A DNA stretch of 64,000 bases from Aulosira sp. ZfuVER01. GTDB lineage: Bacteria; Cyanobacteriota; Cyanobacteriia; Cyanobacteriales; Nostocaceae. Positions 53,650-62,853 of the stretch are shown piece after piece (positions within the stretch are counted from its first letter, which is position 1; each line of letters starts with the position of its first letter). The notes beneath the pieces are model-generated. The model worked only from the letters and a program-made list of their open reading frames with translations, was not told where the DNA came from and made no database searches. The stretch lies in contig JAVRCV020000036.1 of NCBI GenBank assembly GCA_034530615.2, forward strand, positions 32,001 through 96,000. The letters run 5' to 3'. A program made the position numbers and the translations under genes.

Positions 53650-54428
53650 ATTGCATCTGGTAGTCTGCGCCTGGAAGTTTTGCTGACAATATCTTCACTC
53701 AACTCAAAAAGTGAGATCGGTTCCCGGTTAATCGCTAACCAAAAGAGCATTTCCTGCTCAATCTCAGACAAGCGATCGCACTGTCGCTCAAGCAAATCTC
53801 GAATGTCATCAAAGACGGCTAACCCCTGTTGCACATAGTTCAATATCTCGACAATTCTGCCATTAAAAAGTTCTTGAGTTGTAGCTGCCACCAGTTTTAG
53901 CGCTAAGGGGTTGCCGCCATAGTGTGTAACTAATCTTTCCCACTCCGATTCCATACCCGCAAATGTCCCTTTGTGGCGAAACAGTTCTCGTCCTGCTTCT
54001 GGATTCAGTCCCTTGAGCAGTAGCGATCGCACTCTTGATTTCTTGCCTTCGAGTTGCACAATCTCTCTAGGCTTTTCACGACTGGTAAGCAGCAAGCAAC
54101 TCTGATGGGATACCTCTCCAATATTCTGGAACAGTTGACCATATCCCTCGTAGCCGACTCGATACTGTCCGATTTGCCCTGACTTCAAAATGGTTTCTGC
54201 ATTGTCCAAAATCAACAAACATCGGCAGGAACGTAAACCCTTCATCAGCTCTAGCAGTTTCCCATCCAGGCTACTGGGTACAGCGATATCCTCTCCTTGT
54301 GCCCGTAGCAAGATAGGCAGCACACTTTCTAACCACTCTGCCAACGCTGGCGCATTTTGCAGCGATCGCCAAACCACCACCTCAAACTCGGTTTGAATTT
54401 GTTGCACAAGTTTGGCAGCTAAGGTGCT
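53615..54428 (-). pseudogene. Internal fragment of an NB-ARC (STAND) protein
   Basis: (GK)STLAAKL, VVWRSLQNAP, LLILDNAE, LLLTSRE, GNPLALK, SLLRRCLI; N-terminus and C-terminal repeats both missing. Confidence 0.85.
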
Positions 54429-54539
54429 TTCGGTACTCAGATGCGAGGTGCATCGAATGCTAAGGCAAAACGGGAACTGAATTTTCAGCCCCGACCCTTG
54501 GAATGTATGGTTGATGCCACCGTGGCTCATACCGGTTAA
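54429..54539 (+). pseudogene. C-terminal fragment of an NAD-dependent epimerase/dehydratase-like oxidoreductase
   Basis: Manual translation FGTQMRGASNAKAKRELNFQPRPLECMVDATVAHTG*. Confidence 0.65.
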
Positions 54540-54644
54540 TAATTTCAGGTAGAAGCAAGATGAACATTGCTCAATATGGAACAATGATCGTGGTCATCCA
54601 TGTTTAACACACACAACAAATTATTTAGTTTCATATTTCCGAAC

Positions 54645-55391
54645 ATGAACTACACACTCAAGAATAAACGTGCGCTCGTTACTGGTGGAAGTCGCGGTAT
54701 CGGCGCTGCTATTGTCAAGCGTTTAGCAAGTGAAGGTGCTGATGTTGCCTTTACCTACACCAACTCGCCCGATCAGGCTAACGAAATCGTACAGGCGGCG
54801 CAGGCACTAGGTGTCCAAGCTCTTGCTATTCAAGCCAACAGTGCCGAAGCCAGTGCGTTGGTTGCTGCTGTGGAGCAAACGGTGGATAAATTAGGTGGCA
54901 TTGATATTCTTGTCAATAATGCGGGTGTACTGGCGATCGCTCCTCTCAATGATTTCACTCTCGCAGACTTTGATCGAACTATCGCTATTAACGTGCGTGC
55001 CGTGTTTGTGGCGACGCAAGCCGCAGTCAAGCACATGCAAGAAGGTGGACGCATCATCAATATAGGTAGCACTAATGCCGAACGGATGCCATTTGCTGGT
55101 GGTGGCGTTTATGCCATGAGTAAATCTGCGCTGCAAGGGCTTGTACAAGGGCTGGCGCGTGACCTCGGCCCGCGCGGGATTACAATCAACAACGTGCAGC
55201 CTGGGCCGATCGCTACAGAAATGAATCCCCCGGACACTGAGTTTGCCCAGATGCTCAAAAGTCAGTTCATGGCACTGCCTCGCTACGGTACCGTTGAGGA
55301 GGTTGCCGGGATGGTTGCTTATTTGGCTGGGCCTGAAGCCAGTTTCATCACAGGCGCAAGCTTGATGATTGACGGAGGGTTTAGCGCATAA
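54645..55391 (+). CDS. SDR family oxidoreductase (FabG/BdcA-like)
   Basis: TGGSRGIG, NNAG, YAMSK, PGPIAT, IDGG; start at MNYTL. Confidence 0.93.
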   Translation: MNYTLKNKRALVTGGSRGIGAAIVKRLASEGADVAFTYTNSPDQANEIVQAAQALGVQALAIQANSAEASALVAAVEQTVDKLGGIDILVNNAGVLAIAPLNDFTLADFDRTIAINVRAVFVATQAAVKHMQEGGRIINIGSTNAERMPFAGGGVYAMSKSALQGLVQGLARDLGPRGITINNVQPGPIATEMNPPDTEFAQMLKSQFMALPRYGTVEEVAGMVAYLAGPEASFITGASLMIDGGFSA

Positions 55392-55411
55392 CTGCTGTAG
55401 GGAGTTACCTA

Positions 55412-55519
55412 ATACCGTTTCACTTTAAGTTTGATACAAATAGGCCGCAGGGGAGCAGGGCGCAGGGGGAAAGAGTAAAAAACCAACGAATTTGTATCAG
55501 GATTTTCGTGAAATGGTAT
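55412..55519. mobile_element. 108-bp MITE-like element, 12-bp TIR ATACCRTTTCAC
   Basis: ATACCGTTTCAC at 55412-55423 and GTGAAATGGTAT at 55508-55519; same family as 45753-45855. Confidence 0.8.
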
Positions 55520-55669
55520 CAGATCCACCAAGGGATCGCCCTCATGCAGAATAATTTCTCCACGTGAATAATGCTTAACCACAGCATAAGCCTGCAACTG
55601 GGCAAGCTGATCTAGATCTAGCGCAGACAAAAGTAGGATTCGCTGCAATTTTTCAACCGTGACTGGCAT
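55520..55669 (-). pseudogene. N-terminal fragment of a Crp/Fnr (Dnr-like) regulator
   Basis: LQRILLLSALDLDQLAQL....VKHYSRGEIILHEGDP is the start of a cNMP-binding domain; truncated next to the MITE. Confidence 0.8.
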
Positions 55670-55732
55670 CGCTGAACTTTCCTAGTCAAGCAGGCTTAGT
55701 TTTTTTTCAGTCTAACTTTTTTCACTCTACTG

Positions 55733-55746
55733 ATGAGCTAGCTCAA
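55733..55746. promoter_or_regulatory. Putative FNR/DNR-type box ATGA-GCTAGC-TCAA
   Basis: Palindromic TGAGCTAGCTCA, 64 bp upstream of the Crp/Dnr fragment; TAGACT -10-like hexamer on the minus strand at 55709-55714. Confidence 0.55.
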
Positions 55747-55850
55747 AAAAATTATTCACAAAAATTGTCCTACAACTCTGCTAATGATCGGAGAATGGGC
55801 TATGAAGGGAATACTCTACTTATAGTATTAGATTCCGTACATTAGTACTG

Positions 55851-56621
55851 ATGAAAATTGTAGAAGAAACCCGCACTAGATTGCAGCTAAAGCACCGACC
55901 AATAAGGCATTGGCTCACCGGTTGGCCAATTTTGATTGCTAGTCTAAGTTTTTTTATTTATTGCATATTTTTTGAATCTGCTTCAGCTAGTTTAACTTGC
56001 AAACGCCCCTCATCCACCCAAATTAACTGTGAATTGAGGCGTTATAACTTGCTGGGAAGCATGGAAAAGCGGAAAATTCTCGATCCTTACGAAGCATATA
56101 TCAAGACACATACCAGCAGCAAAGGAGGGAGAACTTATGAAATTATTATTTTGACACCTTTTGGGGACTATCCTCTTTTATCACATCTTAGCTATCAAAA
56201 AAATCAGGAATCTGCTGTTGAAATCAATAATTTTATTAGTTCTGGCCAGATGTATCTGTCAGTTTACCAAAACCAGCGGAATTATGTGTTTTTCTTCGGC
56301 TTATTTATGTTAACTACTACGGCTATTGGTGCTTTTGTTGTGACAACACCTGTAACCAAGTGTACTTTCTACAAAAGCCTGAATAAGGTATTTATAGAGC
56401 GCAAAGGACTGCGTAGTCATGAAATTATCGAATATCCCTTAGAATCTATTTTGCGTTTTGATATTCAAAACAAGCAATTTAAATACTCTAAACTTTATCG
56501 TGCTGTAATTGTGCTGCAATTCTACCAAGAAATCCCAATCAATCTAGAATATACAGATGAAAAAAGCGTGCAATATGCAGTTTCTAGGATACGCCATTTC
56601 TTAAATATAAATAATATCTAA
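55851..56621 (+). CDS. Hypothetical membrane protein (2 TM)
   Basis: 256-aa ORF with two hydrophobic segments and an LTCKR...CEL loop. Confidence 0.75.
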   Translation: MKIVEETRTRLQLKHRPIRHWLTGWPILIASLSFFIYCIFFESASASLTCKRPSSTQINCELRRYNLLGSMEKRKILDPYEAYIKTHTSSKGGRTYEIIILTPFGDYPLLSHLSYQKNQESAVEINNFISSGQMYLSVYQNQRNYVFFFGLFMLTTTAIGAFVVTTPVTKCTFYKSLNKVFIERKGLRSHEIIEYPLESILRFDIQNKQFKYSKLYRAVIVLQFYQEIPINLEYTDEKSVQYAVSRIRHFLNINNI

Positions 56622-57118
56622 ATAGATATACCAATTAAAAACCGGACTTACGCATTGACAAATTAGACAAGAAATAAAGTAAAAAAATTAGGAAAAAACA
56701 GGCGATGGCTGCGCCAACGTCTTCTCTACGAGACGCTACGCGAACGACGAACGCTAATCACTCTTGAACTGGAAAGACTCATAATATCAATTCAAAATTC
56801 AAAATTCAAAATTAAGAATCTAGACAGGACAATGGTTTGGGGCTGTGTATCTGTCGCCTTCTTTTTTCAAATTGGTATAAGCCTCTTTTGTCACTACGGG
56901 GAGAGAATAATAGTCTACCCAATCTGAACCTTAGACAAAATCATCAATTGAGCGATCGCATGATCATTTTCTCATTTAACTTAGCTTGTTGATAAATAAC
57001 CCAATAATAAGACTTAGGGATTATTCTCTGCTGAAAGTAACAAAAGAGGGATAATTTACGTCCAGAGCGTATTTAGGGGTTCAAAAATATCTGGATCTCA
57101 GCAGACATTTAAAATAAG

Positions 57119-59074
57119 TCATGTCAAATGTCTCCTACCTGCTAGAAGTAGCCAGAGAAAGTAAGGAGTACCAATTAGCGCAGTTACTAACCCAGAAGGA
57201 ATTTCTTTAGGAGCTAAAACAACACGCCCAACGGTATCTGCTAAAGTCACTAAAATTGCACCCACAATTGCGGCTATTGGTACTAGCTGTCGGTGTCGAG
57301 AACCTACTAATAAACGAGCAGCATGGGGAGCAATTAATCCAACAAAGCTAATAGTTCCTACTGTTGATACTGCCGCAGCTGCTAAAGCTACAGCGATCGC
57401 TAATATTACACCACGAGCTTGCTGTAAACGCATCCCCAAAATACGCGGTAAGTCTTCCCCTAACGCCATCACATCAAGTTTGCGGGCAAATAACCACCCC
57501 AATGGCAGTAAAATTAACGGAAAAGCCAGCAATTGCCATACCTCATCCCACTGACGAGCATAGGTACTACCAGCTAGCCACACCAACGCTTGGCCTACCT
57601 GCAATTTTGACTTGATTACTAACAAGTTAATCCCCGCCGCACAAAACGCAGACACCGCAATTCCTACCAAAGCCAGCCTCGCTGGTGCTACGCCGTTTTG
57701 CCAAGCTGCAACATAAACCACACCAAAAGCTATCACTGCACCAATAAAAGCGGCGATTGGTATCAATGTTACTGGTATATCAGGTAATAATACTAACAGT
57801 AATAAAGCCCCAAAGCCTGCTCCTGAAGTAATCCCCATTATTTCTGGGCCAGCTAGAGGATTGCGGACAACTCCCTGCAATAATAAGCCACTGATGGCTA
57901 AGGCTGCTCCTGCTAATAATGCTACTAATAACCGGGGTAAGCGTAGGTACAATACTATTCTTTCTGTGAGCGCGTCACTATTCCCACTAATAACTTGAAT
58001 TAGTTGATTAATATCTAAATTAATATTGCCAAGGGATAGCCCCACAACCAGCACAAGTAATAAGCAAAGCAACCCAGCTAAAACTAAAATAGGATACTGA
58101 ATACGGGATTTTCTTTGTACTTGTAAAGCATGATTTCCCCCTGTCTGCTTCAAAAGATGAGGCGATGAACGCACCAACCACACTAAAAACGGTGCGCCTA
58201 ATAAAGCCGTGATGCCACCCGCAGGTAATTCACTGGATATCTGCTGTGCGACTAAATCAGCAGCTAGTAAGACTACTGCACCCCAAATCGCCGCCGATGG
58301 TAATAAAATTTGGTGTCGCCGACATCCCATTAATTTCACTATATGGGGTGCAACTAAACCGACAAAGCCTATCGGCCCGACAACACTCACGGCTATAGAA
58401 GCCAAAAATACTCCGAGTAAGGTGCTGCATAAACGTGTCCACTGGACTTTGGAACCGAGGGAACGGGCTAAATCTTCGCCTAACAGAAGTACATCTAAGG
58501 GCTTGGCGATGATGAAAACTGCGATCGCTCCTAATAATACTCTAGGAGCTGCATAGATACTTCCCTGCCAATTAGTTTGTAGTAAAGAACCTGCACCCCA
58601 AAAAAATAAATCACGGGTTTGGTTTTCGTAGAGTAGTTGTAAGGCGGAAGTGAAAGCGGCTAAGGCTAGGGAAACAGCCATTCCTGAGAGGGTGAGGCGG
58701 ATGGGGGTAATCTCTTTCCCGACAGCAGCTATGGCATATACCAGTAATGCTGCTAATAAACCGCCAATAAAGGCTATTAGTAAAGGCGACAAAGTCAATA
58801 TCTCTGGTGCAAAGATGGTAGTGGCGGTGACTGCTAAATATGCGCCAGCATTTACTCCTAAGGTTGCGGGTGAGGCTAGGGGATTACGGGTGACTGTCTG
58901 GAATAGTGCGCCTGCTATTCCTAGGGCTGCGCCGGCTATTATACCGATGGCTGTGCGGGGTAGTTTGATGTAGCGCAGGATGTCGTCTGGGGCTGTGATG
59001 AGGTTGCTGTGGAGGAGAATGAGGGTGAGGAGGATGAGGATTCCTGTGATGAGGGGGCGGGGTTTGAGAGACAT
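57119..59074 (-). CDS. fhuB: Fe(III)-hydroxamate ABC transporter permease (fused FecCD x2)
   Basis: Two LPR...RNPLA...GEDL...FVGL.APH units. Confidence 0.93.
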   Translation of the reverse strand: MSLKPRPLITGILILLTLILLHSNLITAPDDILRYIKLPRTAIGIIAGAALGIAGALFQTVTRNPLASPATLGVNAGAYLAVTATTIFAPEILTLSPLLIAFIGGLLAALLVYAIAAVGKEITPIRLTLSGMAVSLALAAFTSALQLLYENQTRDLFFWGAGSLLQTNWQGSIYAAPRVLLGAIAVFIIAKPLDVLLLGEDLARSLGSKVQWTRLCSTLLGVFLASIAVSVVGPIGFVGLVAPHIVKLMGCRRHQILLPSAAIWGAVVLLAADLVAQQISSELPAGGITALLGAPFLVWLVRSSPHLLKQTGGNHALQVQRKSRIQYPILVLAGLLCLLLVLVVGLSLGNINLDINQLIQVISGNSDALTERIVLYLRLPRLLVALLAGAALAISGLLLQGVVRNPLAGPEIMGITSGAGFGALLLLVLLPDIPVTLIPIAAFIGAVIAFGVVYVAAWQNGVAPARLALVGIAVSAFCAAGINLLVIKSKLQVGQALVWLAGSTYARQWDEVWQLLAFPLILLPLGWLFARKLDVMALGEDLPRILGMRLQQARGVILAIAVALAAAAVSTVGTISFVGLIAPHAARLLVGSRHRQLVPIAAIVGAILVTLADTVGRVVLAPKEIPSGLVTALIGTPYFLWLLLAGRRHLT

Positions 59075-59128
59075 GAGGGATTGAACGCAAAGGGGCGCGG
59101 AGGTTAACGCAAAGGTGCGCGGAGGAAT

Positions 59129-60031
59129 CTATGCTAGGGTTTTGATGATTTTTTCTACTAGGATTTGGGCTGATAGGGGACCACCAAATAACCAGGTGTC
59201 TGGGGCGATCGCATACAATCTTTTTTGTTGGACAAATTCTAGTTCTCGCCATACTGGGTGATTTTCTAGCTGTTTTTGGTAAGGGCTATTGGGTGCGGGA
59301 AGATAGATGAAGTTGGCGGTTTCAACTTTTGGTAATGCTTCTACCCACACTGTATTGAAGCCAAAACGGTCAAATTCTCCTTTCCAAGCGTTTTTTAAAC
59401 CAATGGCGGTGAGGATTTGTGCGGCCATTGAGTTATCTGCGAACAGGCGGATTTGGGGGGCGTTGTCGCTGAATTGTCCGAGGACGAAATCAGGTTTTTG
59501 GGTATTTTTGATGAGGGTTGCTGCGGTTTGAAACTTGGTTTGCATTTGCTGAATGATTTTCTGTGCGACATCTCGGCGGTTGACGCGATCGGCAATTTTG
59601 AGGAATGTTTGCTGCATCTCGTCTAGTTGATGGGAGTTTTCCGCCGAGGGATAGGGGTTAAATATCTGCGTTGGAGCGATCGCAGATAAGGTATCGTAAA
59701 TAGTCTGGTGTCTTAACTCTACGCCTAATATTAAATCTGGTTTTAATTGGGCGATCGCTTCTAAACTCGGTTCTTGGCGTGTCCCTATATCAACTACACT
59801 CTTATCTAAGGATGGCTGTACATTCACATATCGTTTATACCCTTGGATATCTGCAACTCCTACAGGCTGAATTCCCAAAGCTAAAAGGTTTTCTGCATAC
59901 ACCCATTCGAGGGCGACTACTCTGGTTGCTGTTTGATTAGAACTTTGAGGACGAGGATAACGACTACAAGCCACTGTCAAAAAAGAAGCAGTCGCGCCAG
60001 TTAAAAAGGTGCGTCTAGTGAATTTGCTCAT
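59129..60031 (-). CDS. fhuD: Fe(III)-siderophore binding lipoprotein
   Basis: TRRTFL twin-Arg-like signal, LTVAC lipobox, RVVALEW, LLALGIQPVG, GTRQEPSLEAI, GGPLSA. Confidence 0.92.
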   Translation of the reverse strand: MSKFTRRTFLTGATASFLTVACSRYPRPQSSNQTATRVVALEWVYAENLLALGIQPVGVADIQGYKRYVNVQPSLDKSVVDIGTRQEPSLEAIAQLKPDLILGVELRHQTIYDTLSAIAPTQIFNPYPSAENSHQLDEMQQTFLKIADRVNRRDVAQKIIQQMQTKFQTAATLIKNTQKPDFVLGQFSDNAPQIRLFADNSMAAQILTAIGLKNAWKGEFDRFGFNTVWVEALPKVETANFIYLPAPNSPYQKQLENHPVWRELEFVQQKRLYAIAPDTWLFGGPLSAQILVEKIIKTLA

Positions 60032-60834
60032 TTGGTTAACTCTCCTTGTGGGATACCCAAATGGCAAGGTAAACAAGTAGGATAGCCATTAATCGGATGC
60101 GGAATCACGGTCATTTCCACGCCAAACACCTGCTGAATGTTATGGGCTGTCATCACTGCTTGGGGAGTACCAACGGCGACGATTTTTCCTTGTTTGAGCA
60201 TGATTAAGCGATCGCTATAAGCTGCGGCTTGATTCAAATCATGCAACACCCAACCAACTGTGATTCGATGTTCTTGGTTGAGTCGTCGCACTAAAGCTAA
60301 AACTTCTAGTTGATGGCGGATATCTAAAAACGTTGTGGGTTCGTCAAGTAATAACACCTGGGTTTGCTGTGCTAATGCCATTGCTATCCAAGCCCTTTGA
60401 CGTTCCCCACCAGAAAGGGTATCTACGATTCTGTCTGCTAGGGGTTCTAAGCCAGTTACAGCTAATGCCCATTCCATTGCGGCGATATCTTTTTGAGAAA
60501 AACCCCCGAATATATTCTGATGGGGATAGCGACCATAACCAATCAATTCCCACACAGTTACACCTGGAGGGGCTTCTGAAGATTGGGGTAATATCGTCAG
60601 TTGCTTGGCTAACTCTTTTGTGGGGATGTGGCTGATATCGCGCCCATGTAAATAAATCACACCCCTGCTAGGTTGAATGAGTCTGGCCAGAGTGCGTAAA
60701 ACAGTACTTTTCCCGGAACCATTCGGCCCTAGTAAGGCGGTGATTTCTCCTGGGGGAAACGTGAAGGAAAGGTCAGGAACGATGATTTTGCCATCATAAG
60801 CAATTTGCAGATTTTGAGATGCGATCGCTTGCAA
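60028..60834 (-). CDS. fhuC: Fe(III)-siderophore ABC transporter ATP-binding protein
   Basis: GPNGSGKS, GRYPH, LSGGERQRAWIAM, LDEPTTFLD, LHDLN; TTG start with AGGAGG RBS. Confidence 0.95.
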   Translation of the reverse strand: MQAIASQNLQIAYDGKIIVPDLSFTFPPGEITALLGPNGSGKSTVLRTLARLIQPSRGVIYLHGRDISHIPTKELAKQLTILPQSSEAPPGVTVWELIGYGRYPHQNIFGGFSQKDIAAMEWALAVTGLEPLADRIVDTLSGGERQRAWIAMALAQQTQVLLLDEPTTFLDIRHQLEVLALVRRLNQEHRITVGWVLHDLNQAAAYSDRLIMLKQGKIVAVGTPQAVMTAHNIQQVFGVEMTVIPHPINGYPTCLPCHLGIPQGELTK

Positions 60835-60966
60835 TTCCTAACCTCCTAACAGTTAATGCCAGTAATTTTTAGTTATTACTGTCTTTGAAGATGGTTTTTT
60901 GTTGCTTATAGCCACTCTATAGCTAACCTAATTGCGAATATCTTTGTCAAGTAGTTACCTCAATAT

Positions 60967-60981
60967 TGAGAATAATTAGCA
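60967..60981. promoter_or_regulatory. Fur-box-like 7-1-7 site TGAGAAT-A-ATTAGCA
   Basis: 12 of 14 positions match TGATAAT-N-ATTATCA; upstream of fhuC; TTGACA on minus strand at 60945-60950. Confidence 0.6.
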
Positions 60982-62784
60982 TTCAATTGGCATCATTTGG
61001 GCTACTGTATACAAAGCATTATTCACCTTACCGAAAGCAGCAGCGTGGGGGCGATCGCCATCGTCAGCGTAACCGTAAGTAATCAAGCGATTGCGGTTTA
61101 AGCACAGCTTGGTAAATTGGGGTGCTAGCAAGTTGAATAACTCAAATCTGTCTTGCATTTGGGGGAAACGACTTTGATAATTCAAGATTGTCTCTCTAAC
61201 TTTTGTCCAGAAAATATGTTCTGGGTAGTTGTGGTAGTCTGCCAATAAATCAGACAGGTAACGATGGTGACAGATAAACAAGCCAGCAAAGATAAATTGA
61301 CATAAACCCTCTGGTGGTTCACTTAACAAAATGGCTTTTAGCTGTGGCGTTAAAGACTCCAATTCGGGTAAGGGATGACGACTAACATTGACATCGTCTA
61401 CAAAATCTTTCATCGCCAACCGATGCGGAGCAAAATCCTTCAGCACCAAAATTGTGTTTTCACCATGAGGCGAGAAAACGACACCGTAGCGGTAGAGGTA
61501 ATGTAGTAGCGGGGGTAAAATCGTGTTGAATAATCGAGACAGCCACTCATCCAAACTGAGTCTGGAACGTTCAACCAGTTGGGAAATAAATGGTTTGCCG
61601 TTACCATCAATGTGTAAAAGTGATGCTAAAGTTATCGGCTTTTCATCAGGTTCGGTATAAGCTAAAACACTTTCCCGCCATAAACAACCCAACATTTCCT
61701 TATATTGGTAAGGTGCGCCTGAGAGTTGGCTGTAGTAAGGATGATCGTAATTGATGCTGGCAATTTCACCAGGAAGAATTAAACGACACTCATCTTTGAG
61801 GAAAGTATCATTGTCACAAATTGATTTCACATATTCTGTGACAAGTGGTGCAACCTGTGTGCGATCGCCCGGTAAACCACGGTAAACTAAAGTATTTAAA
61901 ATACTCAGGGGTAATTTAACGTACCTTTTTTGTGGATGGCTGATATTAGCAAAAGTACGAATCGATTGTTGGGGTAAGTATTTATCTTGGCTGTAGCCGA
62001 GGGAAATCATTGCACCTGTGGCTATTTCTTCCACAAATAGAAGTGTAATGATATTTTTCCATTGCCAATCATGGATGGGAAGAAAGTAATAATCGGTAGG
62101 GTTGAGATTACGTGATTCTAGGATGGCGGTAAATTCTGCAAGATTTTCTGCGCCCAACTCTTCTAGGATGAGGGTGGCATAGTCTAGTTCTGGGATAGCG
62201 TTAAATTGGGCGCGTTCAATGCTAACAGCAATCCAAAATAAGGAAACTGGTTGTTTACTTTCTGGTGCGTGAGCTAGGTAATCATCGTAGCCAAAACCGA
62301 TGCGCCCTTTGTTGAAGGTTATCCAAGGATGTCCTTCCATTTCCCCTTCTAAGGAGGGGTAATCTAAACCGAGTAAGTCTATATTTTGGGTTTCTTTTTT
62401 GGTTTGAATGTGAGCGTCAGCTAGTAAGGTATTACTTAGTTCTTTGATTAAATGGGCGGTGGTTTCCGCTGTCATTCCAACGAATGTGTGAATGTCGAGG
62501 ACGAATTGCAGGGGGTTAAATGCTGGTGAGAATTCTCCGGTTTCTCGTCTTTGTATGGATGTGGGGATAACGCGATAGCTGTCAAATAGACGTTTTTTGG
62601 CTTGGAATTTGTAGGCTATGCCTTCTGGAAGGGTGAGGTGGTAGAGGGTGTATTCTGAGGTTTGTTCTAGTGTCTCCGGTTTGATGATTTCTTCATACAT
62701 GAATTCGGAGAGCATTTTGGCGAGGAGTTTCTGGCTGACTGTTTGCCAGCGTTGGGGTTGGAGGATTTGGGTGAGGTTTTGCAT
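60976..62784 (-). CDS. IucA/IucC family NRPS-independent siderophore synthetase (type C, RhbF-like)
   Basis: EGHP, KGRIGF, PIHDWQW, QQSIRT, YVKLPLSILNT, WRES, HGEN, KDF. Confidence 0.93.
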   Translation of the reverse strand: MQNLTQILQPQRWQTVSQKLLAKMLSEFMYEEIIKPETLEQTSEYTLYHLTLPEGIAYKFQAKKRLFDSYRVIPTSIQRRETGEFSPAFNPLQFVLDIHTFVGMTAETTAHLIKELSNTLLADAHIQTKKETQNIDLLGLDYPSLEGEMEGHPWITFNKGRIGFGYDDYLAHAPESKQPVSLFWIAVSIERAQFNAIPELDYATLILEELGAENLAEFTAILESRNLNPTDYYFLPIHDWQWKNIITLLFVEEIATGAMISLGYSQDKYLPQQSIRTFANISHPQKRYVKLPLSILNTLVYRGLPGDRTQVAPLVTEYVKSICDNDTFLKDECRLILPGEIASINYDHPYYSQLSGAPYQYKEMLGCLWRESVLAYTEPDEKPITLASLLHIDGNGKPFISQLVERSRLSLDEWLSRLFNTILPPLLHYLYRYGVVFSPHGENTILVLKDFAPHRLAMKDFVDDVNVSRHPLPELESLTPQLKAILLSEPPEGLCQFIFAGLFICHHRYLSDLLADYHNYPEHIFWTKVRETILNYQSRFPQMQDRFELFNLLAPQFTKLCLNRNRLITYGYADDGDRPHAAAFGKVNNALYTVAQMMPIEC

Positions 62785-62853
62785 TTTTTTGTTCAGGTAT
62801 TTAAGAGGGAGATTTCACGCAGAGACGCAGAGGCGCAGAGAGAAGGAGGAACT

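Noticed and set aside
49456..55669. Programmed heterocyst excision element explaining the split genes
   Set aside because: No recombinase gene, no matching second halves in the window, and no flanking direct repeats seen; deletion is the simpler explanation
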